Source: Candidatus Dormiibacterota bacterium (GTDB lineage: Bacteria; Chloroflexota; Dormibacteria; Aeolococcales; Aeolococcaceae). Taken from it: a stretch of 64,000 nucleotides of DNA. A program made the position numbers and the translations under genes. The notes under the pieces are model-generated. The model was not told the DNA's origin. It made no database searches and saw only the letters and a list, made by a program, of their open reading frames with translations. The stretch lies in assembly GCA_963833055.1 (NCBI GenBank), contig CAWHWM010000004.1:135643-199642 (forward strand). Reading direction: 5' to 3'. Shown piece after piece: positions 48,346 through 56,626 of the stretch (position 1 is the first letter of the stretch; each line of letters begins with the position of its first letter).

Positions 48346-51300
48346 TTGATCTGCGCCAGCTGTGGTGGGGAAAACGAACCCGGACGCCGGTTCTGCGGTG
48401 ATTGCGGCCGTCCGCTGACCCTTGCATGTCCGGCCTGTGGCGCCGCCAACTCGCCGCGGGTGCGCTTCTGCGGTGACTGTGGCGCGCCACTCGGGATTGC
48501 CACAGGTGCGGCACACGACTCTCCGGCAGAACCACCCGTCAGCGTGGCCTCGGCCGCACCGCTCACCGAGCGCCGCCACGTCTCGATCCTGTTCGCGGAC
48601 CTGGTCGGTTTCACCACCCTCGCCGAAGCTCGCGACTCAGAGGAGGTTCGCGATCTGCTCACCCGGTACTTCGGTGCCTGCCAGACGGTGATCGGACGCT
48701 ACGGCGGGGTCGTCGAGAAGTTCATCGGCGACGCGGTGATGGCGGTCTGGGGGACGCCGGTGGCGAAGGAGGACGACTCGGAACGGGCGGTCCGCGCCGC
48801 GCTCGAGATCGTCGACGCAGTGACGCAGCTCGGCATCGAGTTGGGTGCCCCGGAACTGCGTGCTCGAGCCGGAGTCCTCACCGGCGAGGCGACCGTCAAC
48901 CTCGGCGCGACCGGACAGGGGATGGTCGCGGGTGACCTCGTGAATACGGCGTCGCGCGTGCAATCCGCCGCGGCGCCGGGCACGGTCCTTGTTGGCGATG
49001 CGACCAAGCGAGCAACGGATGCGGCGATCGAGTACCGGGATACCGGCCTGCACGAGCTCAAAGGAAAGGCCGAGCCGGTGCGGCTGTGGCAGGTCGGGCG
49101 GGTGGTCGCCGGCATCGGCGGGCTGATGAAGGCGGAGGGCCTCGAGCCCCCCTTCGTCGGCCGCGACCGTGAGCTCAAGCTGGTCAAGGATGTCTTTCTC
49201 GCCAGTGCCGACGACGGCAAGGCGCACCTCGTGCAGGTGACCGGGATCGCGGGGATCGGCAAGTCCCGCCTGAGCTGGGAATTCTTCAAATACATGGACG
49301 GTCTCCAGCGGACGTTCCGCTGGCACCGCGGTCGCTGCCTCTCGTACGGCGAGGGGGTCACCTACTGGGCGCTTGCCGAGATGGTGCGTGGACGGGCGGA
49401 CATCCTCGAAGGCGAGGACCGGACGTCGGCGAGGAACAAGCTTCGCGCCGTAGTCGAGCGCACGGTCCCCGACCCTGCCGACCGCACGTTCGTCGAGCCC
49501 CGGCTTGCGCATCTCCTCGGGCTCGAGGAGCACGCCGCGTCCGACAAGTCCGACCTGTTCGCGGGCTGGCGGCTCTTCTTCGAGCGGCTCGCCGCAAGCG
49601 ACCCGGTGATCATGGTCTTCGAGGATCTGCAGTGGGCCGATCCCTCGCTGCTCGATTTCATCGAATACCTGCTGAACTGGTCGCGCGCCTTTCCGATCTT
49701 CGTCATGACGCTGGCTCGCCCCGGCGACGAAGATGAGCGCGGGATCCAAACGCAACGCCACGTCGATCTCCCTGGAACCGCTGCCGGGACGCGCGATGGA
49801 ACTGCTCCTGACCGGACTGGTTCCAGGGTTGCCCGCCGAGCTCACCGCGAAGATCCTGGAGCGAGCCGAAGGAGTGCCGCTCTACGCCGTCGAAACGGTA
49901 CGCATGCTCCTGGACCGCAACCTCCTCGTCCCGGAAGGGTCCGCATATCGCCCAACCGGCCCGATCAAGGATCTGGAAGTCCCCGAAACGCTCCACGCGC
50001 TGATCGCCGCACGGCTCGACGGTCTCTCCGCGCCCGAGCGGCGGCTGATCCAGGAGGCTTCAGTGCTCGGGAAGACCTGCACCCCGGCCGGCCTGGCGGC
50101 AGTTTCCGGCCTTGCGGAGGCACAGATCGAGCCCATCCTGGCGGCGCTCGTCGCGAAGGAGGTCCTGACCGTCCAGGCCGATCCCCGCTCCCCGGAGCGC
50201 GGCCAGTACGCGTTCCTGCAGGACCTGGTCCGAACCGTTGCGTACGAGACGCTGCCGAAGAAGGACCGCAAGGCGATGCACCTCCGTGTCGCCGAGTTCC
50301 TGCAGCGGGCGTGGGGTGTGGACGAGGCAGAGCTTGTCGAGGTGGTCGCATCGCACCTGCTCGAGGCCCACAGCCTTGCGCCGGATGCGGAGGACGCACC
50401 CCTGATCCGCGAGCTCGCCTGCGGGATGCTGATCCGGGCCGGCGAGCGCGCCGCATCGCTTGCGGCACCGGCGGAGGCTCGAGCATATTTCGAGCGCGCG
50501 GCGGAGCTGACCACGGGGCCGACCGAGCGTGCGGCGTTGCTCGAACGCGCCGGCCGCATGGCGATCCAGATGGGTCACCTGGAACAGGCCGCGACGCTCC
50601 TGACCGAGGCGAAGCGGCTCTTCGAGGAGTCCGAACAGTCGCATCCGGCCGCACGGGTCGAGGCTGGATTGGCCGAGATCCATTTCGAGCAAGGTCACCT
50701 CGACCTCGCCATCGAGTTGGCACGGCGTGCCCATGACGTGCTCGCCGGCGACGAGCCGGATGCGGCTTTCGCTCTCGTGACGGGGCAGTTCGGACGGTTC
50801 CTGGCGCTGGCGGCGGAAGACGAGGCGAGTGCGGTGATCGACAAAGCGCTCACTCTTGCGCAGCAACTCCAACTCGCAGAGGTGTACTCGCAAGCGTTGA
50901 GCAGCAAGGCGGTGGCCATCGGGCGCGAGGGGCGGCTCGATGAGGCGGTGACACTGCTCCGACGGGCACTGGAGATCGCGATCGAAGGCGAGTTCACCAG
51001 CGCAACCTTTCGCGCCTGGAACAACCTTGCCGTCTACCTCCTGTACTCGGATCGCTACACAGAGGTCGTCGAGCTGACCGAGGCGATGCTGGAGCTTGCG
51101 CGGCGACAGGGAGACCGCACGAGCGAGTTGACGGCCATGCTCGGCGTCACCACACCGCTTGTGGCGCTCGGCCGCTGGGACGAGGCCGTCCGTTACGTCG
51201 AGGAGGCACAGACAGCCGAGGAGCTCGAAGCCCTCCAATGGGCGGCGGTCCGCACCATCGAATTGGTTGCGATCCACCTCAGGCGCGGCGACATGGACGC

Positions 51301-51907
51301 CGCACGCCGGGTGTTCGACGCGGCGAAGGCGCGTGCCGATGCCCACAACACCGAGATTCGCGTCCGTGTGGGCGCGGCCGAGGTGGAACTCCTCAACGCC
51401 GAAGGCAGACCGGCTGAGGCACTCGCACTGACGGAGCAACTCCTCGAAGCAATTCCAAAGCTGGGCCTGTCCGACCTCGGCATCAAACGCCTCATCGCCC
51501 ATGGAGTTGGAGCCGCTCTCCAGCTTGGTCAGCTCGATGCCGCGGCGGCGATGCTGGCGACGGTTCGCCGGGCGAGACCCGGGATGGTGAGCCCTGAGCT
51601 CCGCGGCCACTGCGCACGGCTGGACGCCCGCCTGTCGGCGCTCCGCGGCGACAACGATGCCGTCGAGGCGGGATTCGAGACAGCGGTTGCGGCGTTCCGC
51701 GAGCTCGGCAGCCCGTTCGAGCAGGGGGTGGCTCTGTGCGAGCTCGCCGAATGGCTCGAAGGGCAGGGCCGTTCGGCCGAGGCCGCGGCCGTCGCGCTCG
51801 AGGCGCGCACATTGTTCGAACGACTCGGTGCGCGCCCATGGCTGGAACGAGTCCGACCGCTGCTCGCGGCGGACTCGTCATTCCCAGTTGCCACGGCGTC
51901 CAGCTGA
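48346..51907 (+). pseudogene. double-zinc-ribbon / class III adenylate-guanylate cyclase / AAA(STAND-like) ATPase / TPR multidomain protein, one frameshift as sequenced
   Basis: TTG at 48346 lies behind the RBS GAGAGGAG (48331-48338). Domains in order are a double zinc ribbon (CASCGGENEPGRRFCGDCG...CPACGAANSPRVRFCGDCG), a cyclase core (RRHVSILFADLVGFT...EKFIGDAVMAVWG), a P-loop (VTGIAGIGKSRL), and a long helical/TPR-like C-terminus ending LFERLGARPWLERV. ORFs 48277-50736 and 49733-51907 join if one G of GGG at 49741-49743 is removed (ERGSKRNATSISLEPL). Confidence 0.8.
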
Positions 51908-51962
51908 GCGCGCACGACTGAACCGCCGGCACTCATCGCCCGGCACTCACGGAGGAGAGGAC

Positions 51963-52340
51963 ATGCCCAGAGACTGTGTGAACACCACCGCGGCTCCGAT
52001 CTCGCCCGCGTACAGCCAGGCTGTGAAGGCTGCCGGGCTGGTCTTCGTCTCAGGCCAGGCCGGGATCGATCCCGCCACCGGTCACCTTGCCGGCGCCACC
52101 ATCCAGGAGCAGACACGCCAGTGTCTGCGGAACGTGGCTGCGATTCTGGAGGCCGCCGGCAGCTCGCTCGACAAGATCGTCAGCGCCACCTTCATCCTTC
52201 GGCATCCCGAGGACTTTGCGGGGATGAACGAGGAGTGGCAGGCGTGGTTCCCGGTGGATCCCCCGGCCAGGCAGGGCGCCCAGCTTCCCATTGACGTGGA
52301 AGGGCTCCGGGTCTCGATCGCGGTCATCGCAGCCGAGTGA
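51963..52340 (+). CDS. RidA/YjgF/UK114 family protein
   Basis: ATG at 51963 lies behind GGAGGAGAGG. 125 aa with AAPISPAYSQAVKAAGLVFVSGQAGIDPATG and PARQGAQLPIDVEGLRVSIAVIA, typical of the family. Confidence 0.8.
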   Translation: MPRDCVNTTAAPISPAYSQAVKAAGLVFVSGQAGIDPATGHLAGATIQEQTRQCLRNVAAILEAAGSSLDKIVSATFILRHPEDFAGMNEEWQAWFPVDPPARQGAQLPIDVEGLRVSIAVIAAE

Positions 52341-52356
52341 TGCCGGGCCGCGGCGG

Positions 52357-52385
52357 TTGCGATTCGAACATCTGTTCGGTACACT
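52357..52385 (+). promoter_or_regulatory. second SOS promoter (copy B): LexA box between -35 and -10, upstream of the small ORFs and dnaE2
   Basis: TTGCGA (52357-52362), a 17-nt spacer, then TACACT (52380-52385). The spacer contains CGAACATCTGTTCG (52365-52378), identical to the box at 46215-46228. Confidence 0.75.
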
Positions 52386-52527
52386 GACCTCCCGCCGCAG
52401 CGCTCCCGCTCTTCCGTCCCAGGAGACGGCGGTCCTTCATCAGTGAGGAGCGATGCCCGATTCTCCTGTCCGCCGCTCTGGCGACTGTCCTCAGGCACTT
52501 CGGTGTAGCGGCCTGCCGGCAGAGGCA
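52357..52527 (+). repeat. copy B of the duplicated promoter / 5'UTR / imuA-5' segment
   Basis: See copy A. Relative to A it has scattered substitutions, a 2-nt insertion (TC after ATGCCCGATTC) and a gap of roughly 16 nt. Confidence 0.8.
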
Positions 52528-52536
52528 ACTCGATGA
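52453..52536 (+). CDS. 27-codon upstream ORF, relic of the imuA 5' end, coupled to the next ORF
   Basis: It has the same RBS and start as imuA. It encodes MPDSPVRRSGDCPQALRCSGLPAEATR; compare ImuA MPDS...GPQALRRGGLPEEAG. Its TGA overlaps the ATG of the 82-aa ORF (ATGA at 52533-52536). Confidence 0.35.
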   Translation: MPDSPVRRSGDCPQALRCSGLPAEATR

Positions 52537-52781
52537 CCGAGCTGCTCGACGGCGTCATCGAAGTTCGCATCGGTACTGACGGACGGCCGGTTGCGATCCG
52601 GACCGGGTCGGTGTGGGGACGGGTGGCCGAGGTGGTGAACACCTGGCGCGTGGAGACCGACTGGTGGCGGATCCCGGTGGGTCGCGACTACGTGCGGTGT
52701 CTCCTCAATGACGGCGAGTGCATCGATCTCTACAGGGATCTCGGGACCGGCGAGTGGCATCGGGAGCGCCGCTATGACTGA
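52533..52781 (+). CDS. stand-alone 82-aa protein resembling the C-terminal module of ImuB
   Basis: Third-position G/C bias is typical of the genome. The sequence ...EVRIGTDGRPVAIRTGSVWGRVAEVVNTWRVETDWWRIPVGRDYVRCLLNDGECIDLYRDLGTGEWHRERRYD follows the pattern I recall for ImuB C-termini (..ERIE.GWW.....RDY........G....W.YR.......W.LHG.F). It is located between a LexA-box promoter and dnaE2. Confidence 0.55.
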   Translation: MTELLDGVIEVRIGTDGRPVAIRTGSVWGRVAEVVNTWRVETDWWRIPVGRDYVRCLLNDGECIDLYRDLGTGEWHRERRYD

Positions 52782-52804
52782 ACCGTGCGCCGCCCCTTCC
52801 TGGT

Positions 52805-52832
52805 GGCCGCCGGTGGAGGGGCACCGGCGGCC
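52805..52832 (+). terminator. perfect 11-bp-stem hairpin between the small ORF and dnaE2 (attenuator/terminator candidate)
   Basis: GGCCGCCGGTG-GAGGGG-CACCGGCGGCC, 24 nt after the stop at 52781. It is followed by GGGAAAAGGG rather than a U-tract. Confidence 0.35.
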
Positions 52833-52913
52833 GGGAAAAGGGAGAAGCCTCATTTGGTGGTGGGCTGACCCGGCGAATAGTTACACAAATTTGTAGTAGT
52901 TGTCAAGCTGCCG

Positions 52914-55900
52914 ATGCCCGGATTTGCCGAACTCGCCGCCCGTTCCCACTATTCCTTTCTGGAAGGAGCTTCCTCGCCCAAAGCGATGGTCCAGATCGCC
53001 GCGCGTCTCGGGATCTCGGCGCTCGGTCTCTGCGACCGCAACGGGCTGTATGGAGCGGTCGAGCTGATCCAGTCCGCGAAGGCTGCGGGCATCCACCCGA
53101 TCATCGGCACGGAGCTCGAGCTCGCAGGCGGTTCACGAATCCGTCTGCTGGCCCGTAGCAGGACTGGATACCGCCAGCTCTGCCGGGCCGTGAGCGCTTC
53201 GCAGCTCGCCGGCGTGAAAGGTCAGCCGCGCCTGGAGATCAACGGGATCTCGCTGGGCGGACGCGCGAGTGCGATCGTCTCCCGCTCGCGGCGGCCAACG
53301 CTGCCGCCACCGGAACGTCCTGCAGCGCTGCGGCCGACGGCGGGACCGTTTCCGGAGGGGTGGCCGGGATTGCCGTCGACAACGTTGCTTGTCGAGAGCG
53401 AGCCGGCGCGTGTCGATCCGGTTGCGCTTGATGACTGCATCGCACTGATCGGCGGGCCGCGCAGTGCTGTTGTCGATGTGCTGGTCCACGGTGATCGACG
53501 CGAGGCGCTGCGTCATGCGCAACTGGTGCGGGAGTGCTTCGGACGCGAGCGCACGGCGATGCTGGTGAGCAATCACCTGCATCCCGCAGATCGCTGGCTG
53601 GTTGCGGAATGCGCGGCGATTGCGCAGGCAGCGGACATCCCGCTCGTGGCGAGCGCAACGCCGGACCATGCCACGGCAGACGACAAACCGCTGCTCGATG
53701 TGCTGACGGCAATCCGTCATCGCACGACTCTCGACCAGGCTGCGGCGCACGGCCTGCTCCTGCCCAACAGCGAGCACCGGCTCCATGGTGAGGCGGAGCT
53801 TCGTGCGTTGCTTCCCGGCCTCCCTGAGGCGTTCGACAACGCGGCGCGCATCGCCGCCGCGTGTGAGGTGTCACTCGACTTCAGCGACGTGCGCTTTCCG
53901 GGTTTCCCCGTGCCGGCGGGGGAGACGCCGTTCTCCGTGCTCTACGGACTCTGTCAGGAGGCCGTGCAGCGCAAGTACCACCCCATGACTCGCGCTGTCG
54001 CCGCGCGCCTGCAGCGCGAGCTCGATGTCATCGAGAAGACGCATCTCGCCGAGTTCTTCCTGATCACCTGGGACATCATGAAGTTCGCCCGTGAGCACGG
54101 CATCCCAGGACAGGGACGCGGCAGCGCGGCGGACTCGATCGTCGCCTACCTGCTCGGCATCACGCGTGTCGATCCCGTCGCGCACGACCTGCTCTTCGAG
54201 CGTTTTCTCCACGAAGACCACCAGGGCACGCCCGATATCGACATCGATTTCTCCACCGACCACCGCGAGCAGGTGCTCCAGTACGTCTATGAGAAGTACG
54301 GCCCCGATCGCACCGGGATGGTGGCCAACGTCGTGACCTTCCGGCCCCGCATGGCGATCCGCCAGGTGGGCGCCGCCATGGGCTTTCCGGAAACCGTGGT
54401 CGACAAGCTCAGCACGCACACCGACAGCTGGTACCTCGCCGATATGGAGACAGTGCTGACATCGAGTGGTACACGCACCACGAGGCCGGGTGACGTCGCG
54501 GGGGGGCGCCGGCCCGGCGTGTTCACGGAAGCTGGGACGGAGGGGCCCCCGCGGCGGCAGGACCCGGCCGTCGATGTGTCAAACCACGCGTGGCAGCAAT
54601 TCGTCGAAGTCCTTCGCCGCATCGAGGGGACGCCTCGACATCTGAGCATTCATGTCGGCGGGATGCTCGTGACGGGGGAACCGCTCGTCGATGTTGTGCC
54701 GGTGGAGCGCGCGACGATGCCGGGGCGAGTCGTCGTGCAATTCGACAAGGACGACGTGGAGGATCTCGGGCTCATCAAGATGGATCTGCTCGGGCTGCGC
54801 ACGCTGTCGGCGGTGGCGGAGTGCCTCGACCTCATCGAGCAGACCACCGGACAGCGACCCGACCTCGACACGTTGCCGCTCGACGACCAGCGTGTGTTCG
54901 ACGTGATCTGCAAGGTGGACACCATCGGGCTCTTCCAGATCGAATCGCGCGCGCAGCAGCAATCGCTCTGGCAGTCACAGCCGCGCTGTTTCAACGATCT
55001 GATCGTGCAGGTGGCGATCATCCGTCCCGGTCCGATCCAGGGCGACGCGGTCCATCCGTATCTCCGCCGCCGTCAGGGGCTCGAGCCGGTGACCTACCTG
55101 CATCCCAAGTTGGAGCCGATCCTGGCAGAAACATGCGGCGTCGTCCTGTACCAGGAGCAGATCCTGCGCATCGTCATGGAGCTCGCCGCATACACCGCCG
55201 GTGAAGCGGATCGATTCCGGCGGGCGATGAGCCGGCACCGTTCGCGGGTGGAGATGGAGGAGCTGCGAGACGGCTTCATCCGGCGCTGCATCGAGCACGA
55301 CGTCACTGAGGAGGTGGCGCAACAGATCTTCAAGAGCGTCGCCGGTTTTGCGGAGTTCGGGTTCTGCAAATCGCACGCCGCGGCGTTCGCGCGCACCGCG
55401 TATGAGACGGCGTGGCTGCGCATGACCTATCCCGCGCACTACACGTGCGCGCTGCTCAACGCGCAGCCGATGGGTTTCTACCATCCGTCGGTGCTCGTCG
55501 ATGACGCCAAGCGGCACGGCGTCAAGGTCCTGCCGGTCGACGTCACCAGGAGCCGTGCACGCTGCCTGGTGGAGGCGACCGGCGCGGCCGGCTTCGGGAT
55601 ACGGCTCGGATTCGCATACGTGCGCGGGCTGGGACCCACGGCACGCGCAGCGTGCGACGACGCGGTGGTCGCCGGAGCGAACACATCGGTGGCCGCGTTC
55701 TGGCGGCACACGCTCCTGCCCCGGGTGGCGATGGAGAACCTCATCCGTGTGGGCGCCTTCGACGCCGTCGCCGGCGGGCAGTCGCGCCGCCAGCTGCTCT
55801 GGACCCTGAAGGAGACCGAGGAGTCACTGCCGCCGCGAAAACGACGCAGGGCAACCATCGCGCCGGCCGAGCAGACGGTGATCGCTGCCGCCGTGGTGAC

Positions 55901-56483
55901 CGGTCCACCACGGGGCAGTGGTGCGGTTGCCGGCAACCGGCTTGGCGATGCGCCGCATACCCCGCACGATCCGAGCAGCGATCCGGCGCCACCGCTCGTA
56001 TCGCTGCCGGCGCCGCCGCCGATCCTGCCCGAGATGGACGAGCGCACCCGCGTGAACACCGAGTACGCGATCACCGAGGTGAGCACCGGGCCTCACCTGG
56101 TCTCATTCATGCGCGAGCGGCTCAACGCACTCGGCTGCGTCCCACTCGCGAAGGTGCGCGACATGGTGGACGGCACGCGGATCCGCGTCGCTGGGTTGGT
56201 GATCACACGCCAGCAGCCGTCGACAGCCCGAGGATTCCGGTTCTTCACCCTCGCGGACGAGGACGCCAACCTCGACCTGGTGTTCCGCCCAGCGGTGGTG
56301 CAGCGGACCCTCGAGGTGGCGCGGCATCCGCTGCTCATGGTCGACGGCAGGCTGCAGGTCGAGCTGGGCAGGGTCAACGTGGTCGTTGAGCGGGTGACCG
56401 CGCTCACGCCGGACGGCGACCCGATCGACCGCCCGGGACCGGTCCCCGAGAGCGGATTCCGCGGATCGCACGACTACCGCTGA
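52914..56483 (+). CDS. dnaE2: error-prone DNA polymerase III alpha-subunit paralog DnaE2
   Basis: 1189 aa. The PHP-domain N-terminus is MPGFAELAARSHYSFLEGASSPKAMV..LGISALGLCDRNGLYG. Pol III alpha core blocks are present (FFLITWDIMKFAREHGIPGQGRGSAADSIVAYLLGIT, PDIDIDF, KMDLLGLRTLS, FQIESRAQ, IIRPGP, YQEQ). It lacks the tau/epsilon-interacting C-terminal extension of DnaE1. It sits in an SOS-boxed imuA-imuB context. Confidence 0.9.
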   Translation: MPGFAELAARSHYSFLEGASSPKAMVQIAARLGISALGLCDRNGLYGAVELIQSAKAAGIHPIIGTELELAGGSRIRLLARSRTGYRQLCRAVSASQLAGVKGQPRLEINGISLGGRASAIVSRSRRPTLPPPERPAALRPTAGPFPEGWPGLPSTTLLVESEPARVDPVALDDCIALIGGPRSAVVDVLVHGDRREALRHAQLVRECFGRERTAMLVSNHLHPADRWLVAECAAIAQAADIPLVASATPDHATADDKPLLDVLTAIRHRTTLDQAAAHGLLLPNSEHRLHGEAELRALLPGLPEAFDNAARIAAACEVSLDFSDVRFPGFPVPAGETPFSVLYGLCQEAVQRKYHPMTRAVAARLQRELDVIEKTHLAEFFLITWDIMKFAREHGIPGQGRGSAADSIVAYLLGITRVDPVAHDLLFERFLHEDHQGTPDIDIDFSTDHREQVLQYVYEKYGPDRTGMVANVVTFRPRMAIRQVGAAMGFPETVVDKLSTHTDSWYLADMETVLTSSGTRTTRPGDVAGGRRPGVFTEAGTEGPPRRQDPAVDVSNHAWQQFVEVLRRIEGTPRHLSIHVGGMLVTGEPLVDVVPVERATMPGRVVVQFDKDDVEDLGLIKMDLLGLRTLSAVAECLDLIEQTTGQRPDLDTLPLDDQRVFDVICKVDTIGLFQIESRAQQQSLWQSQPRCFNDLIVQVAIIRPGPIQGDAVHPYLRRRQGLEPVTYLHPKLEPILAETCGVVLYQEQILRIVMELAAYTAGEADRFRRAMSRHRSRVEMEELRDGFIRRCIEHDVTEEVAQQIFKSVAGFAEFGFCKSHAAAFARTAYETAWLRMTYPAHYTCALLNAQPMGFYHPSVLVDDAKRHGVKVLPVDVTRSRARCLVEATGAAGFGIRLGFAYVRGLGPTARAACDDAVVAGANTSVAAFWRHTLLPRVAMENLIRVGAFDAVAGGQSRRQLLWTLKETEESLPPRKRRRATIAPAEQTVIAAAVVTGPPRGSGAVAGNRLGDAPHTPHDPSSDPAPPLVSLPAPPPILPEMDERTRVNTEYAITEVSTGPHLVSFMRERLNALGCVPLAKVRDMVDGTRIRVAGLVITRQQPSTARGFRFFTLADEDANLDLVFRPAVVQRTLEVARHPLLMVDGRLQVELGRVNVVVERVTALTPDGDPIDRPGPVPESGFRGSHDYR

Positions 56484-56504
56484 CGCAAGCAACGTCACCA
56501 CACC

Positions 56505-56524
56505 CCGTGACACATCCGTGACAC
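56505..56524 (+). promoter_or_regulatory. direct repeat CCGTGACAC-AT-CCGTGACAC upstream of the membrane-protein gene; shares a motif with 18458-18475
   Basis: Seen directly in the sequence. Further GTCAC/TGACA copies flank it (GTCAC at 56494-56498, TGACA at 56541-56545). ATG 56627 lies 103 nt downstream. Confidence 0.25.
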
Positions 56525-56626
56525 TCCGGCAGCAGTGCCCTGACATCACCCGTGCTGTGCGGGACACCCGTCATAGGCTGCTCGCATCTCGTTTGCTACG
56601 CCGCGCGCCGTGCGGGATGGGAAGAC

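Noticed and set aside
52895-52913. TTGTCA just upstream of dnaE2 as a PafBC/RecA-independent DNA-damage promoter (tTGTCRgtg-N8-TAnnnT)
   Set aside because: Only the TTGTCA core matches. The expected TAnnnT 8 nt downstream is absent, and the dnaE2 ATG begins 5 nt after the hexamer. A promoter in this position is not credible.
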